This document shows, piece after piece, positions 9,553-19,030 of a stretch of 64,000 nucleotides of DNA. This DNA is from an uncultured Ignavibacteria bacterium. GTDB taxonomy: Bacteria > Bacteroidota > Ignavibacteria > Tepidaquicellales > OLB5. The stretch's first letter is position 1. Each line of letters begins with the position of its first letter. Where the stretch lies: positions 289,185 through 353,184 of the forward strand of contig CALMYL010000006.1 in assembly GCA_937873695.1 (NCBI GenBank), read 5' to 3'. The translations under genes were made by a program, and so were the position numbers. Below the pieces are notes generated by a model that was given only the letters and a program-made list of their open reading frames with translations, was not told the DNA's origin and made no database searches.

Positions 9553-9615
9553 CTCAATTTGCGAGCGAAGCGAAGCAATCTCATCAATCATTGAATTGTT
9601 TAATATTGCATTAAG

Positions 9616-9635
9616 ATTCCTGCTTGCGCAGGAAT
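9616..9635. repeat. short GC-rich palindromic hairpin (REP-like)
   Basis: ATTCCTGC-ttgc-GCAGGAAT, preceded by GCGAGCGAAGCGAAGCAATCTC. It is separate from the true terminator 12 nt downstream. Confidence 0.55.
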
Positions 9636-9646
9636 GACAAAAGAAG

Positions 9647-9668
9647 AGGGGATATATTCCCCTTTTTT
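9647..9668 (+). terminator. rho-independent terminator after ispG
   Basis: AGGGGA-tatat-TCCCCT followed by TTTTTT. Confidence 0.7.
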
Positions 9669-9728
9669 ATTTTATGGCAAGACTTTAATTTTACAGATAT
9701 TTAATGAAATGCAAAAAATCCTCGTGAA

Positions 9729-12185
9729 ATGAAAAGAAAATACATTTTCATTATAGTACTTCTTTTAATATCCTTATTTAATTACTCAATATACTCACAA
9801 ATGTTCGGGCAGGAGCCCACAGAACGCAAAAGCAATTATGACGTTCAGCATATATCTATTAGTATCGGAATTCATTTCGAAAGTAAAGAAATATCTGGAG
9901 TTGTTAGGACAACGCTTCTTCCGCTTGAAGATAATTTTAAAGAATTTGAATTAGATGCTGTTGGTATGAGAATAAATGGAGTCTGGCTTAACCAAATTTT
10001 AAATCTTAAATATGAATATAATGGCTCTAAAATTAAAATATTCTTAGACACAAATTACAGTAAAAAAGATACTATAAAATTTTCAATCGGTTATAATGTC
10101 ACTAATCCGGAAAAGGGATTGTATTTTATTCATCCAACCCCTGAATTTCCAAACAAACGTTATGAGGTATGGTCACAAGGAGAAGGGGAGGATAACAGAT
10201 ACTGGTTCCCATGTTATGATTACCCGAATGATATGGCTACTACAGAAATGTTGATTACGGTAAGGAGCCAATACCAGACAATATCCAATGGAATTCTTGT
10301 AGGTAAAACAGATCATCATGATAATTCTTCCACATGGCATTGGGTCAACGACAAACCGCATGTTTCATACCTTGTAATGCTTGGCATTGGCAATTGGGAT
10401 ACTATTAGCACTTCATGGGATGAAATTCCGGTCATATCATACGTGCCGCCCGGCAAAAAGCAATGGGGTGAAAATGCGTATGAGCAGACTGCCGATATCG
10501 TAAAATTCTTCTCTGAATATATCGGTTACCGGTATCCGTGGCATGAGTTCCGCCAGGTGGCTGTGCAGGATTTTATTTACGGTGGCATGGAAAATACCGG
10601 CGCTGTTGTACTGTTTGAAGGCTCTGTGTATGATGAAAAGACCGAGCCTGATTACAACGCAACCAACCTTGTAGCGCATGAGCTTGCGCATCAGTGGTGG
10701 GGTGATGTTGTAACATGTAAGAACTGGAATGAAATTTGGCTGAATGAAAGCTTCGCAACTTACTTCCAGTGTCTTTACACGGAGCATTTATTGGGAAAAG
10801 ATGAATTTGATTACAATATATACCGCAATGGCAATGATGCAATTAAGGTTGATTCAACTACCCGTAAACCTATATATATCCGTGAAGGGCTGACTACCAA
10901 TACTTATGATAAAGGTTCAGTTGTGCTGAATATGCTGAGATACCTTGTGGGAGATGAGAAGTTCCGCAAGACCATGAATATTTTTATTACAAAAAACGAG
11001 TTCAAACCTGTAGTTACAAAAGATCTTTCCGATGCGCTGCATGCAGCGCTTGATAATCCGCTATTAGACCAGATGCCTGCAAATATGAACTGGTTCTTTA
11101 ATGAGTGGATATATAATGCGGGTCAGCCGGAATTTAAGGTCGACTATACTTATGATGAAAGCAGCAAGGAAATTATTCTGAATGCTCTACAGGTTCAAAG
11201 AATGGATTCATCTTCGGTATTTAAAACTCCCGTGCCAATTGAGATAATCACAGAAACCGGCAGGCAAAGTATCACGATGGAAACTTCTCAAGATGTGAAA
11301 ACATACAAAATTAAAGTTGATTCAAAACCGCTGAATGTTAATTTTAATAAAGGCAATAAAGTTCTTTGCAAGCTTTATTTCAGTAAACCCAAAAATGACT
11401 GGCTGTACCAGTTAAACAATTCCACTGATGCTATTGATAGACTTACCGCACTTAACGGACTGAAAGACTTTTTAAATGATGATGACGTCGTTATTGCTAT
11501 CAAAGACAAAATGAGAAATGACAGCTTTTGGGGAGTGCGTTGTGAAGCCGTTAAAGTTCTTTCCGTATCAAAAAACAAAGCCGTGACTGAAGTTTATATG
11601 AAGAACATGATAGATGAGCGTGATTCCCGTGTAAGAAGAACATATTTGCTTCAGTTGGGAACGTTGTTGAACAATCACCCCGAAGAAAAAAAGAACACGG
11701 CCGTGCTGCAATACTTTCTTACCAATCTGATAGCCAATGAAACAAGCTACTATGCAGCTGCGGATGCAGTTACTGCACTTTCGGATATCCTGGAAGCTGA
11801 TAAGATATATGACGCGGTTATACCGTACATTGAAATGGATTCGCACGTAGATATTATCCGCAGGAGTGTGCTTACAGCCCTTTCCAAATCCAAAGATCCC
11901 CGCGCGAAGGATGTATTTTTAAAATATGGTGAAACCGGCAGTACAGCAAGGGTCCGCAATATTGCTATAAGCGGTCTTGATGGTTACTTAAATGATCCCG
12001 GAGTTATTGATTTTTTGAACAGCAAATTGTTTAATACCCCAAGGAGTACTCAGGGGGTGGTTTTGGGTCTGCTTGAGAAGGCAAAAGACCCATCATCTTT
12101 GCCTCTTTTGAATAAACTTATGGAATCATCAAATGATGTTAGATTCAAAGAACGTGTGAGTAAGGTAATTCAAGTGTGTAAGTAA
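9729..12185 (+). CDS. M1-family zinc aminopeptidase with C-terminal HEAT-like repeats, secreted
   Basis: Signal peptide, GGMEN exopeptidase motif, and HELAHQWWG...WLNESFA (HExxH-x18-E). Confidence 0.85.
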   Translation: MKRKYIFIIVLLLISLFNYSIYSQMFGQEPTERKSNYDVQHISISIGIHFESKEISGVVRTTLLPLEDNFKEFELDAVGMRINGVWLNQILNLKYEYNGSKIKIFLDTNYSKKDTIKFSIGYNVTNPEKGLYFIHPTPEFPNKRYEVWSQGEGEDNRYWFPCYDYPNDMATTEMLITVRSQYQTISNGILVGKTDHHDNSSTWHWVNDKPHVSYLVMLGIGNWDTISTSWDEIPVISYVPPGKKQWGENAYEQTADIVKFFSEYIGYRYPWHEFRQVAVQDFIYGGMENTGAVVLFEGSVYDEKTEPDYNATNLVAHELAHQWWGDVVTCKNWNEIWLNESFATYFQCLYTEHLLGKDEFDYNIYRNGNDAIKVDSTTRKPIYIREGLTTNTYDKGSVVLNMLRYLVGDEKFRKTMNIFITKNEFKPVVTKDLSDALHAALDNPLLDQMPANMNWFFNEWIYNAGQPEFKVDYTYDESSKEIILNALQVQRMDSSSVFKTPVPIEIITETGRQSITMETSQDVKTYKIKVDSKPLNVNFNKGNKVLCKLYFSKPKNDWLYQLNNSTDAIDRLTALNGLKDFLNDDDVVIAIKDKMRNDSFWGVRCEAVKVLSVSKNKAVTEVYMKNMIDERDSRVRRTYLLQLGTLLNNHPEEKKNTAVLQYFLTNLIANETSYYAAADAVTALSDILEADKIYDAVIPYIEMDSHVDIIRRSVLTALSKSKDPRAKDVFLKYGETGSTARVRNIAISGLDGYLNDPGVIDFLNSKLFNTPRSTQGVVLGLLEKAKDPSSLPLLNKLMESSNDVRFKERVSKVIQVCK

Positions 12186-12382
12186 CATTAGTTTAAGTCC
12201 CCTTATGTGGTGCTTTCCCTGCCTTGAAACTCTCCGGAAAAATCGGCATATTTGTAGTCTTTCCACGAAATTTTTGAACAAAAACCGGAGTGGATTTTGA
12301 ATTAACGCTCCAGCCGCTAAAAGAACGCGGTTTGGGGAATTTTATTAATTAAATTTATTTTTAACGGAGATTCCAATAAACG

Positions 12383-14215
12383 ATGACTTCACCAACAGAT
12401 ACACCCAATGCAAATGGCACGATTGAAGAGGTAAAACCGCCTGTTATCAAAACCAAGGATTTTGTAGCAAAAGATTACAGCGAAGAAGAGTTCAAAAAAT
12501 ATATTGAGCTTTACGAAAAGACCTTTAACGTAATAAAGGAAAACGAAATAGCAAAAGGAAAAGTTGTTGCTATTTCAGGTAATGATGTTTTAATTGATAT
12601 TGGCTTTAAATCGGACGGCAGGGTTTCAATAGATGAATTCCCCGACCCCGATAATATCAAAATAGGCGATGAAGTTGAGATCTTTGTAGAAAAGATCGAA
12701 GACCGAGAAGGACAGCTTGTACTTTCACGCAAACGCGCTGATATTATCCGCAACTGGGAAAAGATCACAGCCGCAAAAGAGAACGATACAGTTATACAGG
12801 GTAAATGCGTCCGCAGAATTAAAGGCGGATTTGTTGTTGATCTCGGCGGTATCAATGCATTCCTTCCGGGTTCACAGATAGATACAAAGCCTATCCGTGA
12901 CTACGATGTATACGTAAACAAGATGCTTGATTTCAAGATACTGAAAATAAATCATCCCAACGAAAATATTATTGTTTCACACAAGGTTCTGATAGAAGAA
13001 TCGATGTCAGAGCAGAGAGGAAAACTCCTTGCTACACTTGAATCAGGTCAGGTAATGAGCGCAACCGTAAAAGCTATCACAGATTTCGGTGTGTTCGTTG
13101 ATCTTGGCGGTGTTGATGGACTTATCCACATCACAGATCTCTCATGGGGCAGGATAAATCACCCATCAGATGTGGTAAATCTTGATGAAACAATTGAAGT
13201 AAAAGTACTTGAGTACGATAAAGAAAAGAAACGTGTTACACTTGGCTTAAAACAATTGCAGCCGCATCCATGGGAAAATATCGAAGAGAAGCTTAAGATC
13301 GGCGATAAAGTTTCAGGTAAGGTTGTATCAATTACAGATTACGGCGCATTTATTGAAATTGAAAAAGGCATCGAAGGCTTGATTCACATTTCAGAAATGT
13401 CATGGACACAGCATATAACCAATCCAACCCAGGTTGTTACTATGGGGCAGGTTATTGAAGCTGTAGTGCTCAGCCTTGATAAGAACGAAAAGAAACTCTC
13501 TCTTGGTATTAAACAGCTTACACCTAACCCGTGGCAGTCATTACTTGACCGCTTCCCTGTTAATTCAAGACACAAAGGCAAAGTTTGCAACATTACAAAC
13601 TTTGGTGTATTTGTTGAGCTTGAAGAAGGTGTTGACGGACTTATCCATATTTCAGACCTTTCATGGACAAAGAAAATATTTAACATAGAAGACTTTGTTA
13701 AATTAGGCGATGAAATTGAAGTGATGATACTTGGTATTGATGTTGAAAACCAAAGGATCGCTTTAGGACATAAACAGCTTACCGATAATCCATGGGAGAA
13801 GCTGACAGATGAATTCAAGCCCGGCACTGAGGCTAAGTGCAAAGTACTTAAATCAATTGAAAAGGGCATTATAGTTGAGCTGCCTGCAGTTGTTGACGGG
13901 TTCATTCCCGCTTCACAGCTTTCAGTTACACCTGTAAAGAACTTTTCCGAACTGTTCAAAACCGGTGAAGAATTCATGGCTGAAGTAATTGAATTCGATA
14001 AGGAATCCAAGAAGATAGTACTTTCAGTGCTTGAATACCTTAAAGATAAGGACGAAGCTGAAGTAGATGAATATGTTGCTAAATTCAAACTTAAGAAATT
14101 CACTTTGGCAGATGTTGTTGACAGGACAAAAACCGCTGTTGACGTAAAGGAAGAAGTTGATTTCAAGATTGATGATGTAATGGAAGGTGCTCCAAAGGAA
14201 GAAGCAGCCCAGTAA
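12383..14215 (+). CDS. rpsA: 30S ribosomal protein S1
   Basis: 610 aa with six S1 OB-fold repeats (recurring G.V..I..FG.FV.L..G..GL.HIS motifs). A terminator follows. Confidence 0.9.
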   Translation: MTSPTDTPNANGTIEEVKPPVIKTKDFVAKDYSEEEFKKYIELYEKTFNVIKENEIAKGKVVAISGNDVLIDIGFKSDGRVSIDEFPDPDNIKIGDEVEIFVEKIEDREGQLVLSRKRADIIRNWEKITAAKENDTVIQGKCVRRIKGGFVVDLGGINAFLPGSQIDTKPIRDYDVYVNKMLDFKILKINHPNENIIVSHKVLIEESMSEQRGKLLATLESGQVMSATVKAITDFGVFVDLGGVDGLIHITDLSWGRINHPSDVVNLDETIEVKVLEYDKEKKRVTLGLKQLQPHPWENIEEKLKIGDKVSGKVVSITDYGAFIEIEKGIEGLIHISEMSWTQHITNPTQVVTMGQVIEAVVLSLDKNEKKLSLGIKQLTPNPWQSLLDRFPVNSRHKGKVCNITNFGVFVELEEGVDGLIHISDLSWTKKIFNIEDFVKLGDEIEVMILGIDVENQRIALGHKQLTDNPWEKLTDEFKPGTEAKCKVLKSIEKGIIVELPAVVDGFIPASQLSVTPVKNFSELFKTGEEFMAEVIEFDKESKKIVLSVLEYLKDKDEAEVDEYVAKFKLKKFTLADVVDRTKTAVDVKEEVDFKIDDVMEGAPKEEAAQ

Positions 14216-14256
14216 ATTTGAAGCTGAAATAATTCAAATGGTTAATTAACAATTAA

Positions 14257-14290
14257 AAGCATTCTGCTGTAAAGGGCAGAATGCTTTTTT
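14257..14290 (+). terminator. rho-independent terminator after rpsA
   Basis: AAGCATTCTGC-tgtaaagg-GCAGAATGCTT followed by a T-run. Confidence 0.8.
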
Positions 14291-14350
14291 AGTTTAAAGC
14301 GGTAATTGTAGCGGAAACAAACCGCAAAATGGAATGTTATACTTACAGAA

Positions 14351-15145
14351 ATGGAAAATTCAGATAAACTAAGGGAAGTTATGTTCAAAGCCGCTGAAGC
14401 GGCAGCTGAAATACAGCTTGAATACTTTGAAAAAGACTTCGAAATAGGCAGGAAAAAGGATTACAGCGATCTGGTAACGGAAGTGGATAAAAAATGCGAA
14501 GCAAAGATAATTGAGATAATTCATAACACTTTCCCCGGGCACAATGTTTTGGGCGAAGAGGGCGGTGACCGGCATAAAAAGTCGGATTATCTATGGATAG
14601 TTGACCCGATTGACGGTACGGTCAATTATGCTCATTCCGTACCAATATTCTGTGTTTCTATTGCAGTGGAGCATAAAGGAGAGGTTATACTTGGTGTTGT
14701 ACTGTCACCAAAAACCCGCGAGAAATTTCACGCGGAAAAAGGGAAAGGGGCTTATTTAAATGATAAAAAAATTTCTGTAAGTGAAATCGATCTGCTTAAA
14801 GACAGCCTGCTGGTTACCGGCTTCCCATACGGCTCTAAGGATAACTATGATCATTGTATAGACCACTTTGTGAACTTCATAAAACTTGGGTTACCAATAC
14901 GCAGACTTGGCTCAGCTGCGCTTGATATCTGCTATCTTGCCGCAGGCAGATTTGAAGGCTTCTGGGAAGTTAACCTGAACGCATGGGATGTTGCCGCAGG
15001 ATACCTGATACTGCTTGAAGCAGGCGGAAAAGTGACCAATTTTGAAGGCGGGCAGTATTCTGTGTATGATAAACAAATACTGGCGACAAACGGAAAGACC
15101 GTTCACAATGAAATGATAGAGGTACTTAAAAAAGCGTACATTTAA
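14351..15145 (+). CDS. suhB: inositol monophosphatase family protein
   Basis: Motifs LGEEGG, WIVDPIDGT and WDVAAG. Confidence 0.8.
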   Translation: MENSDKLREVMFKAAEAAAEIQLEYFEKDFEIGRKKDYSDLVTEVDKKCEAKIIEIIHNTFPGHNVLGEEGGDRHKKSDYLWIVDPIDGTVNYAHSVPIFCVSIAVEHKGEVILGVVLSPKTREKFHAEKGKGAYLNDKKISVSEIDLLKDSLLVTGFPYGSKDNYDHCIDHFVNFIKLGLPIRRLGSAALDICYLAAGRFEGFWEVNLNAWDVAAGYLILLEAGGKVTNFEGGQYSVYDKQILATNGKTVHNEMIEVLKKAYI

Positions 15146-15194
15146 CGCTATTTTTAGATTTCCGAGATTTATTTTTGCAGGGGTTTTTTAACTC

Positions 15195-15232
15195 AAAATG
15201 GATTAATATTGTATAATATTAATCCATTTTTT
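15195..15232 (+). terminator. rho-independent terminator after the suhB-like gene
   Basis: A perfect 16-bp stem, AAAATGGATTAATATT-gtat-AATATTAATCCATTTT, followed by more T residues. Confidence 0.75.
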
Positions 15233-15263
15233 GTTTTAATAAATAACAGAGGAGGAAATCATC

Positions 15264-16181
15264 ATGATAGCCTTGATAATATTTTTATTGATAGTAGCTT
15301 TGGTTGTAAATCAACTGAAGAAAAATGTACCGAATACCTCAACACAGAAGCTTTTTTCGGTCATAAGGAATGCGTCTTTCTTAGGGGTTTTTATCGCGGT
15401 TATTTTATCCTGTGTAGCGCAGGTGGGTCCGGGAGAGGCAGGTGTACAGGTACTTTTTGGCAGCGTGCAGGATGGTGTGCTTAAAAGCGGTCTGAATTTT
15501 GTAAATCCGTTAGTGAATGTTGAAACTATGGATATAAAAACTCAGGCTTACACAATGAGTTCCGTTAGTGATGAAGGCAGCCAGAAGAATGACGATGCTA
15601 TTTCAACTCTTTCAAGTGACGGATTATCTCTCCGGCTTGATGTTACTATATGGTACAGGCTTAACGAAGGAGACGCACCGCAGGTTTACCGCACAATTGG
15701 TCTGGATTATGTAGAAAAAATTGTAAGGCCTGCAATAAGAACCGCGCTTAGGGATGTTTCTGTCGGTTATACAGCGACGGATATTTATTCTGTTAAAAGA
15801 GAGGATTTTGTAAGAGAGGTAACTAAAAATCTTGAAAACGCATTTGATGGAAGAGGGATTGTTCTTGAAAGAGTACTCTTGAGAAACGTAGAATTACCTG
15901 AAAAAGTCAGATCAGCAATAGATGAAAAAATTGCTTCAGAGCAGCGCGCACAGCAGATGGTTTATGTATTACAGAAAGAAAAGCAGGAGGCAGAGCGTAA
16001 AAGAGTTGAAGCGCAGGGTATTGCTGACTATAACAGGATAGTATCACAAAGTATTACGGACCAGGTGCTGCAGTTAAAAGGAATAGAAGCAACACTTGAG
16101 TTGGGCAAAAGCCAGAATTCCAAAATGGTCATAATGAACGGCAAGAATATGCCGTTGATATTCGGGCCGGGCGGATTTTAA
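15264..16181 (+). CDS. SPFH/band-7 (prohibitin-like) membrane protein
   Basis: N-terminal TM helix, an SPFH core (...VTIWYRL...IVRPAIRTALRDV...), and a coiled-coil EQRAQQ...EAERKRVEAQGIA. GGAGG lies upstream of the ATG. Confidence 0.8.
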   Translation: MIALIIFLLIVALVVNQLKKNVPNTSTQKLFSVIRNASFLGVFIAVILSCVAQVGPGEAGVQVLFGSVQDGVLKSGLNFVNPLVNVETMDIKTQAYTMSSVSDEGSQKNDDAISTLSSDGLSLRLDVTIWYRLNEGDAPQVYRTIGLDYVEKIVRPAIRTALRDVSVGYTATDIYSVKREDFVREVTKNLENAFDGRGIVLERVLLRNVELPEKVRSAIDEKIASEQRAQQMVYVLQKEKQEAERKRVEAQGIADYNRIVSQSITDQVLQLKGIEATLELGKSQNSKMVIMNGKNMPLIFGPGGF

Positions 16182-16200
16182 AACTGAAAAATAATTAGTG

Positions 16201-16222
16201 GCACAGACATTCCTGTCTGTGC
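16201..16222. repeat. short palindromic hairpin (REP-like) with no T-run
   Basis: GCACAGACA-ttcc-TGTCTGTGC lies between the SPFH and OMT genes. Confidence 0.55.
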
Positions 16223-16240
16223 TGCCAAAGAAGGAAATTT

Positions 16241-16882
16241 ATGAAGGGTGTACCATTAACAGAAGAACTGTATAAATACATTACCGATACATTTATACAG
16301 GAAGATGAGTTATTAAGACAAATTGTAATTAATACCGAGGCCAAAAAGATACCGCTCATTCAGGTATCACCTGAAACAGGTAAGCTGCTTGGTATGTTCA
16401 TCAAAATGATAGACGCTAAGAATGTACTGGAAATAGGTACTCTCACTGGTTACAGCACTATATGGATGGCAAGAGCCCTGCCGCCTGAAGGCAGAGTGGT
16501 GACACTTGAGCTTACCAAAGCTCACGCCGATGAAGCATTAAGCAATTACAAAAAGGCGGCTTTGGATAACAAAATTGAACTGATTTTGGGCAAGGCATTG
16601 GTTTCACTGGATACACTTGCCGGAAGGAAATTTGATTTGGTATTTATTGACGCTGATAAGGAAAACTGCGTGAATTATTTTAATAAGGTAATTCATATGG
16701 TAAGATCGGGCGGATTGATAATTACTGATAATACTTTGCGAAGAGGTGAGGTTATTGACCCCAACCCGGGTCCGGGGGCACAGGGAATTATTGCTTATAA
16801 TAAACTTGTGGCAAATGATAGCAGGGTGGAATCTCTTTTAGTACCAATAGATGACGGTATAACATTAAGTTTTGTGAAATGA
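16241..16882 (+). CDS. class I SAM-dependent O-methyltransferase (caffeoyl-CoA OMT-like)
   Basis: SAM-binding LEIGTLTGYS and metal-site FIDADKENC motifs. Confidence 0.8.
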   Translation: MKGVPLTEELYKYITDTFIQEDELLRQIVINTEAKKIPLIQVSPETGKLLGMFIKMIDAKNVLEIGTLTGYSTIWMARALPPEGRVVTLELTKAHADEALSNYKKAALDNKIELILGKALVSLDTLAGRKFDLVFIDADKENCVNYFNKVIHMVRSGGLIITDNTLRRGEVIDPNPGPGAQGIIAYNKLVANDSRVESLLVPIDDGITLSFVK

Positions 16883-17313
16883 TAAAGAAATGGCATGAGT
16901 TTACCCGTCCGATAGTAATTTGCCTTTTCAGCAATAACGGCAAAATACTTGCGGCTAAAGGAACTGATTCCGTTAAACAAAATCAATTCTACAGGCCGCT
17001 TGGCGGAATGATAGAATTTGGAGAGCGAAGCAGTGACGCCTTAAGGCGGGAGATTCTTGAGGAAACCGGCCAGGAAATTATGAATCTCAAATATATCACA
17101 ACGGTTGAGAATATTTTTACATATGAAGGCAAAGCGGGCCATGAAATAGTAATGATTTATGATGCGGAGTTTAAAGATAAGTCGTTATATGAAAAGGAAG
17201 ATATAGATGTAACCGAAGGTGATATATGGTGCAAAGCATACTGGCTTAATATCAATGACTGCAAATCAGGAAAAGTTATACTTTACCCTGAAGGAATTTT
17301 AGAGGGATTTTAA
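16879..17313 (+). CDS. NUDIX hydrolase
   Basis: Nudix box GGMIEFGERSSDALRREILEETG. It overlaps the OMT gene by 4 nt. Confidence 0.75.
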   Translation: MIKKWHEFTRPIVICLFSNNGKILAAKGTDSVKQNQFYRPLGGMIEFGERSSDALRREILEETGQEIMNLKYITTVENIFTYEGKAGHEIVMIYDAEFKDKSLYEKEDIDVTEGDIWCKAYWLNINDCKSGKVILYPEGILEGF

Positions 17314-17493
17314 TTTTGTCAATTCCTGAATTTAGCATATGCGGCATCTTCCGGATTTTTGAATTTTATCCAGCCCTCAGCGGGTAAATGAGAAATCCGG
17401 CAGAACGTTTGAAGAGTATTTACGATTACCGGATATATTGCTGATATGAATTTCATAATTTTATGCATTGTGAGGTTATCCGCGTTATTTTTT

Positions 17494-19011
17494 TTACCTG
17501 TCACCCGTAATCAGTTTTACAGTATTTTTTTTCAGATCATCAAAGGCTCCATTATCCTGGTTGCAGCAAATCACCAATGTTATATCATACTCAGGGAAAT
17601 ACCGATATTCAAAATTTACGCCTCGCGTGATTCCCCCGTGTCCGTATGAAACCCCGTTTTTACCGTAATTTGTTATTTCAAATCCGTATCCATAACCAAT
17701 AGCGTCTTTGTATCCATAGACTTTATCCTTCGTCATATTATCAAGTTCATCGCGTGAAATTAGAACATTGTTTTTTAAAGCTGAAGTGAATTTCAGCATA
17801 TCATAAAGAGTTGTGTAACATCCGCCTGCCGATGAACCGCGTGAATTACTTTTGGATCTGAATAATTCTTTCCAGCCGTCTGAACTTCTTTCAAGTGGTA
17901 AGGCAATTGGCTGCTCATCTGTACCATAGTAATAATAGTCCGTGGAATTCATACCAGCAGGAGCCAGTATATGATTTTTGACATATTCATAGTATGAAAG
18001 GCCTGTAATTTTTTCGATGATTAAGCCTAATAGTATGAAATTTGAATTTGAATATCCAAATTCTGTATCAGGTTCAAACAAAAACCCTTCTTTATATATC
18101 AAGGGAAGATATTCAGAAAGTGAAGAGAAATTTGAAATGATACTTCTATTGTTTTCAGTCCAGTATTCTGCAACTCCGGAAGTATGAGTAAGCAAATGAT
18201 GAACTGTGACTTTATCTGACTTTCCTTTATCTTCAAATCCCGGAAAGAAACCGGCAATTTTATCATTGTATTTTAACAGTCCTTCTGCAACAAGCTGTGC
18301 AATTGCAATTGCTGTGAACATTTTACTGCCTGAAGCCATATTCATACGGGTACCGGCATCAAAATTGAGAGTTTTTGACGGATTTGAAAATCCCGCGTAT
18401 TTTTCAAACAGAATTTTGTTTCCTTTGGAAATCATCATACTGCCGTAGAACGAATTCTCGTCCTGCAATTTTTCAAAGTACTTGTTAAGCCATTCAATTG
18501 TCTGCTGCTGCTCAATTGAACCGTTAGGAAGGTAAACCGGCTCGGTTACTTCAGCGATAAATACAAGTTTTAAAATCTTACCCTTTTCTTCTGGATCAAG
18601 CTGCAGTTGAATATCATTCCATTTTTTACTGCCCTGTACAGCGGTAAAGACATGCATTATGCTTCTGGTTGTCCCGTCACCCAATTGAGTTTCTGTAACT
18701 TCACTGCTGTGGTATACGGTTTCTCCTAAGGTCATCTTTAAGCCTTCAAATAAACTAAGTAATCTTTCTTCTCCGGGATCTTTTAATGTCTTTGAAGAAA
18801 AAATATTCCTGATTATATATAATCTTTCATCTTTTGATTCACTTCTCACAGCGTCTATAAACAGCTGACCGGGGTCACTATGTATTCTGAATACGTCCTG
18901 CCGGCTTAAATACTTGTTTTGTGCTTCGCTGATAAAAAGATTGAACAATATTGCTAAAAAGGTTACTAAAGTTTTTAAACGGACTTTTGGTTCAGTGTAT
19001 TTTGATCTCAT
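17494..19011 (-). CDS. secreted serine hydrolase of the beta-lactamase/PBP (class C-like) family with an N-terminal extra domain
   Basis: Signal peptide ending ...SEA|Q, SxxK motif ASGSKMF, and YSN motif GYSNSNF. Confidence 0.8.
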   Translation of the reverse strand: MRSKYTEPKVRLKTLVTFLAILFNLFISEAQNKYLSRQDVFRIHSDPGQLFIDAVRSESKDERLYIIRNIFSSKTLKDPGEERLLSLFEGLKMTLGETVYHSSEVTETQLGDGTTRSIMHVFTAVQGSKKWNDIQLQLDPEEKGKILKLVFIAEVTEPVYLPNGSIEQQQTIEWLNKYFEKLQDENSFYGSMMISKGNKILFEKYAGFSNPSKTLNFDAGTRMNMASGSKMFTAIAIAQLVAEGLLKYNDKIAGFFPGFEDKGKSDKVTVHHLLTHTSGVAEYWTENNRSIISNFSSLSEYLPLIYKEGFLFEPDTEFGYSNSNFILLGLIIEKITGLSYYEYVKNHILAPAGMNSTDYYYYGTDEQPIALPLERSSDGWKELFRSKSNSRGSSAGGCYTTLYDMLKFTSALKNNVLISRDELDNMTKDKVYGYKDAIGYGYGFEITNYGKNGVSYGHGGITRGVNFEYRYFPEYDITLVICCNQDNGAFDDLKKNTVKLITGDR

Positions 19012-19030
19012 TGGATATTTTTTTTGGTGT

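Noticed and set aside
13384-14166. 260-aa minus-strand ORF antisense to rpsA
   Set aside because: It lies entirely within the conserved S1 gene. It is Ser/Thr-rich, as is typical of antisense translation of a GAA/GAT-rich gene.
17319-17504. 61-aa minus-strand ORF in the 180-nt gap between the convergent NUDIX and hydrolase genes
   Set aside because: It overlaps the hydrolase 3' end in another frame and has no RBS and no motif I recognise. It may be a gene remnant, but I cannot support it.
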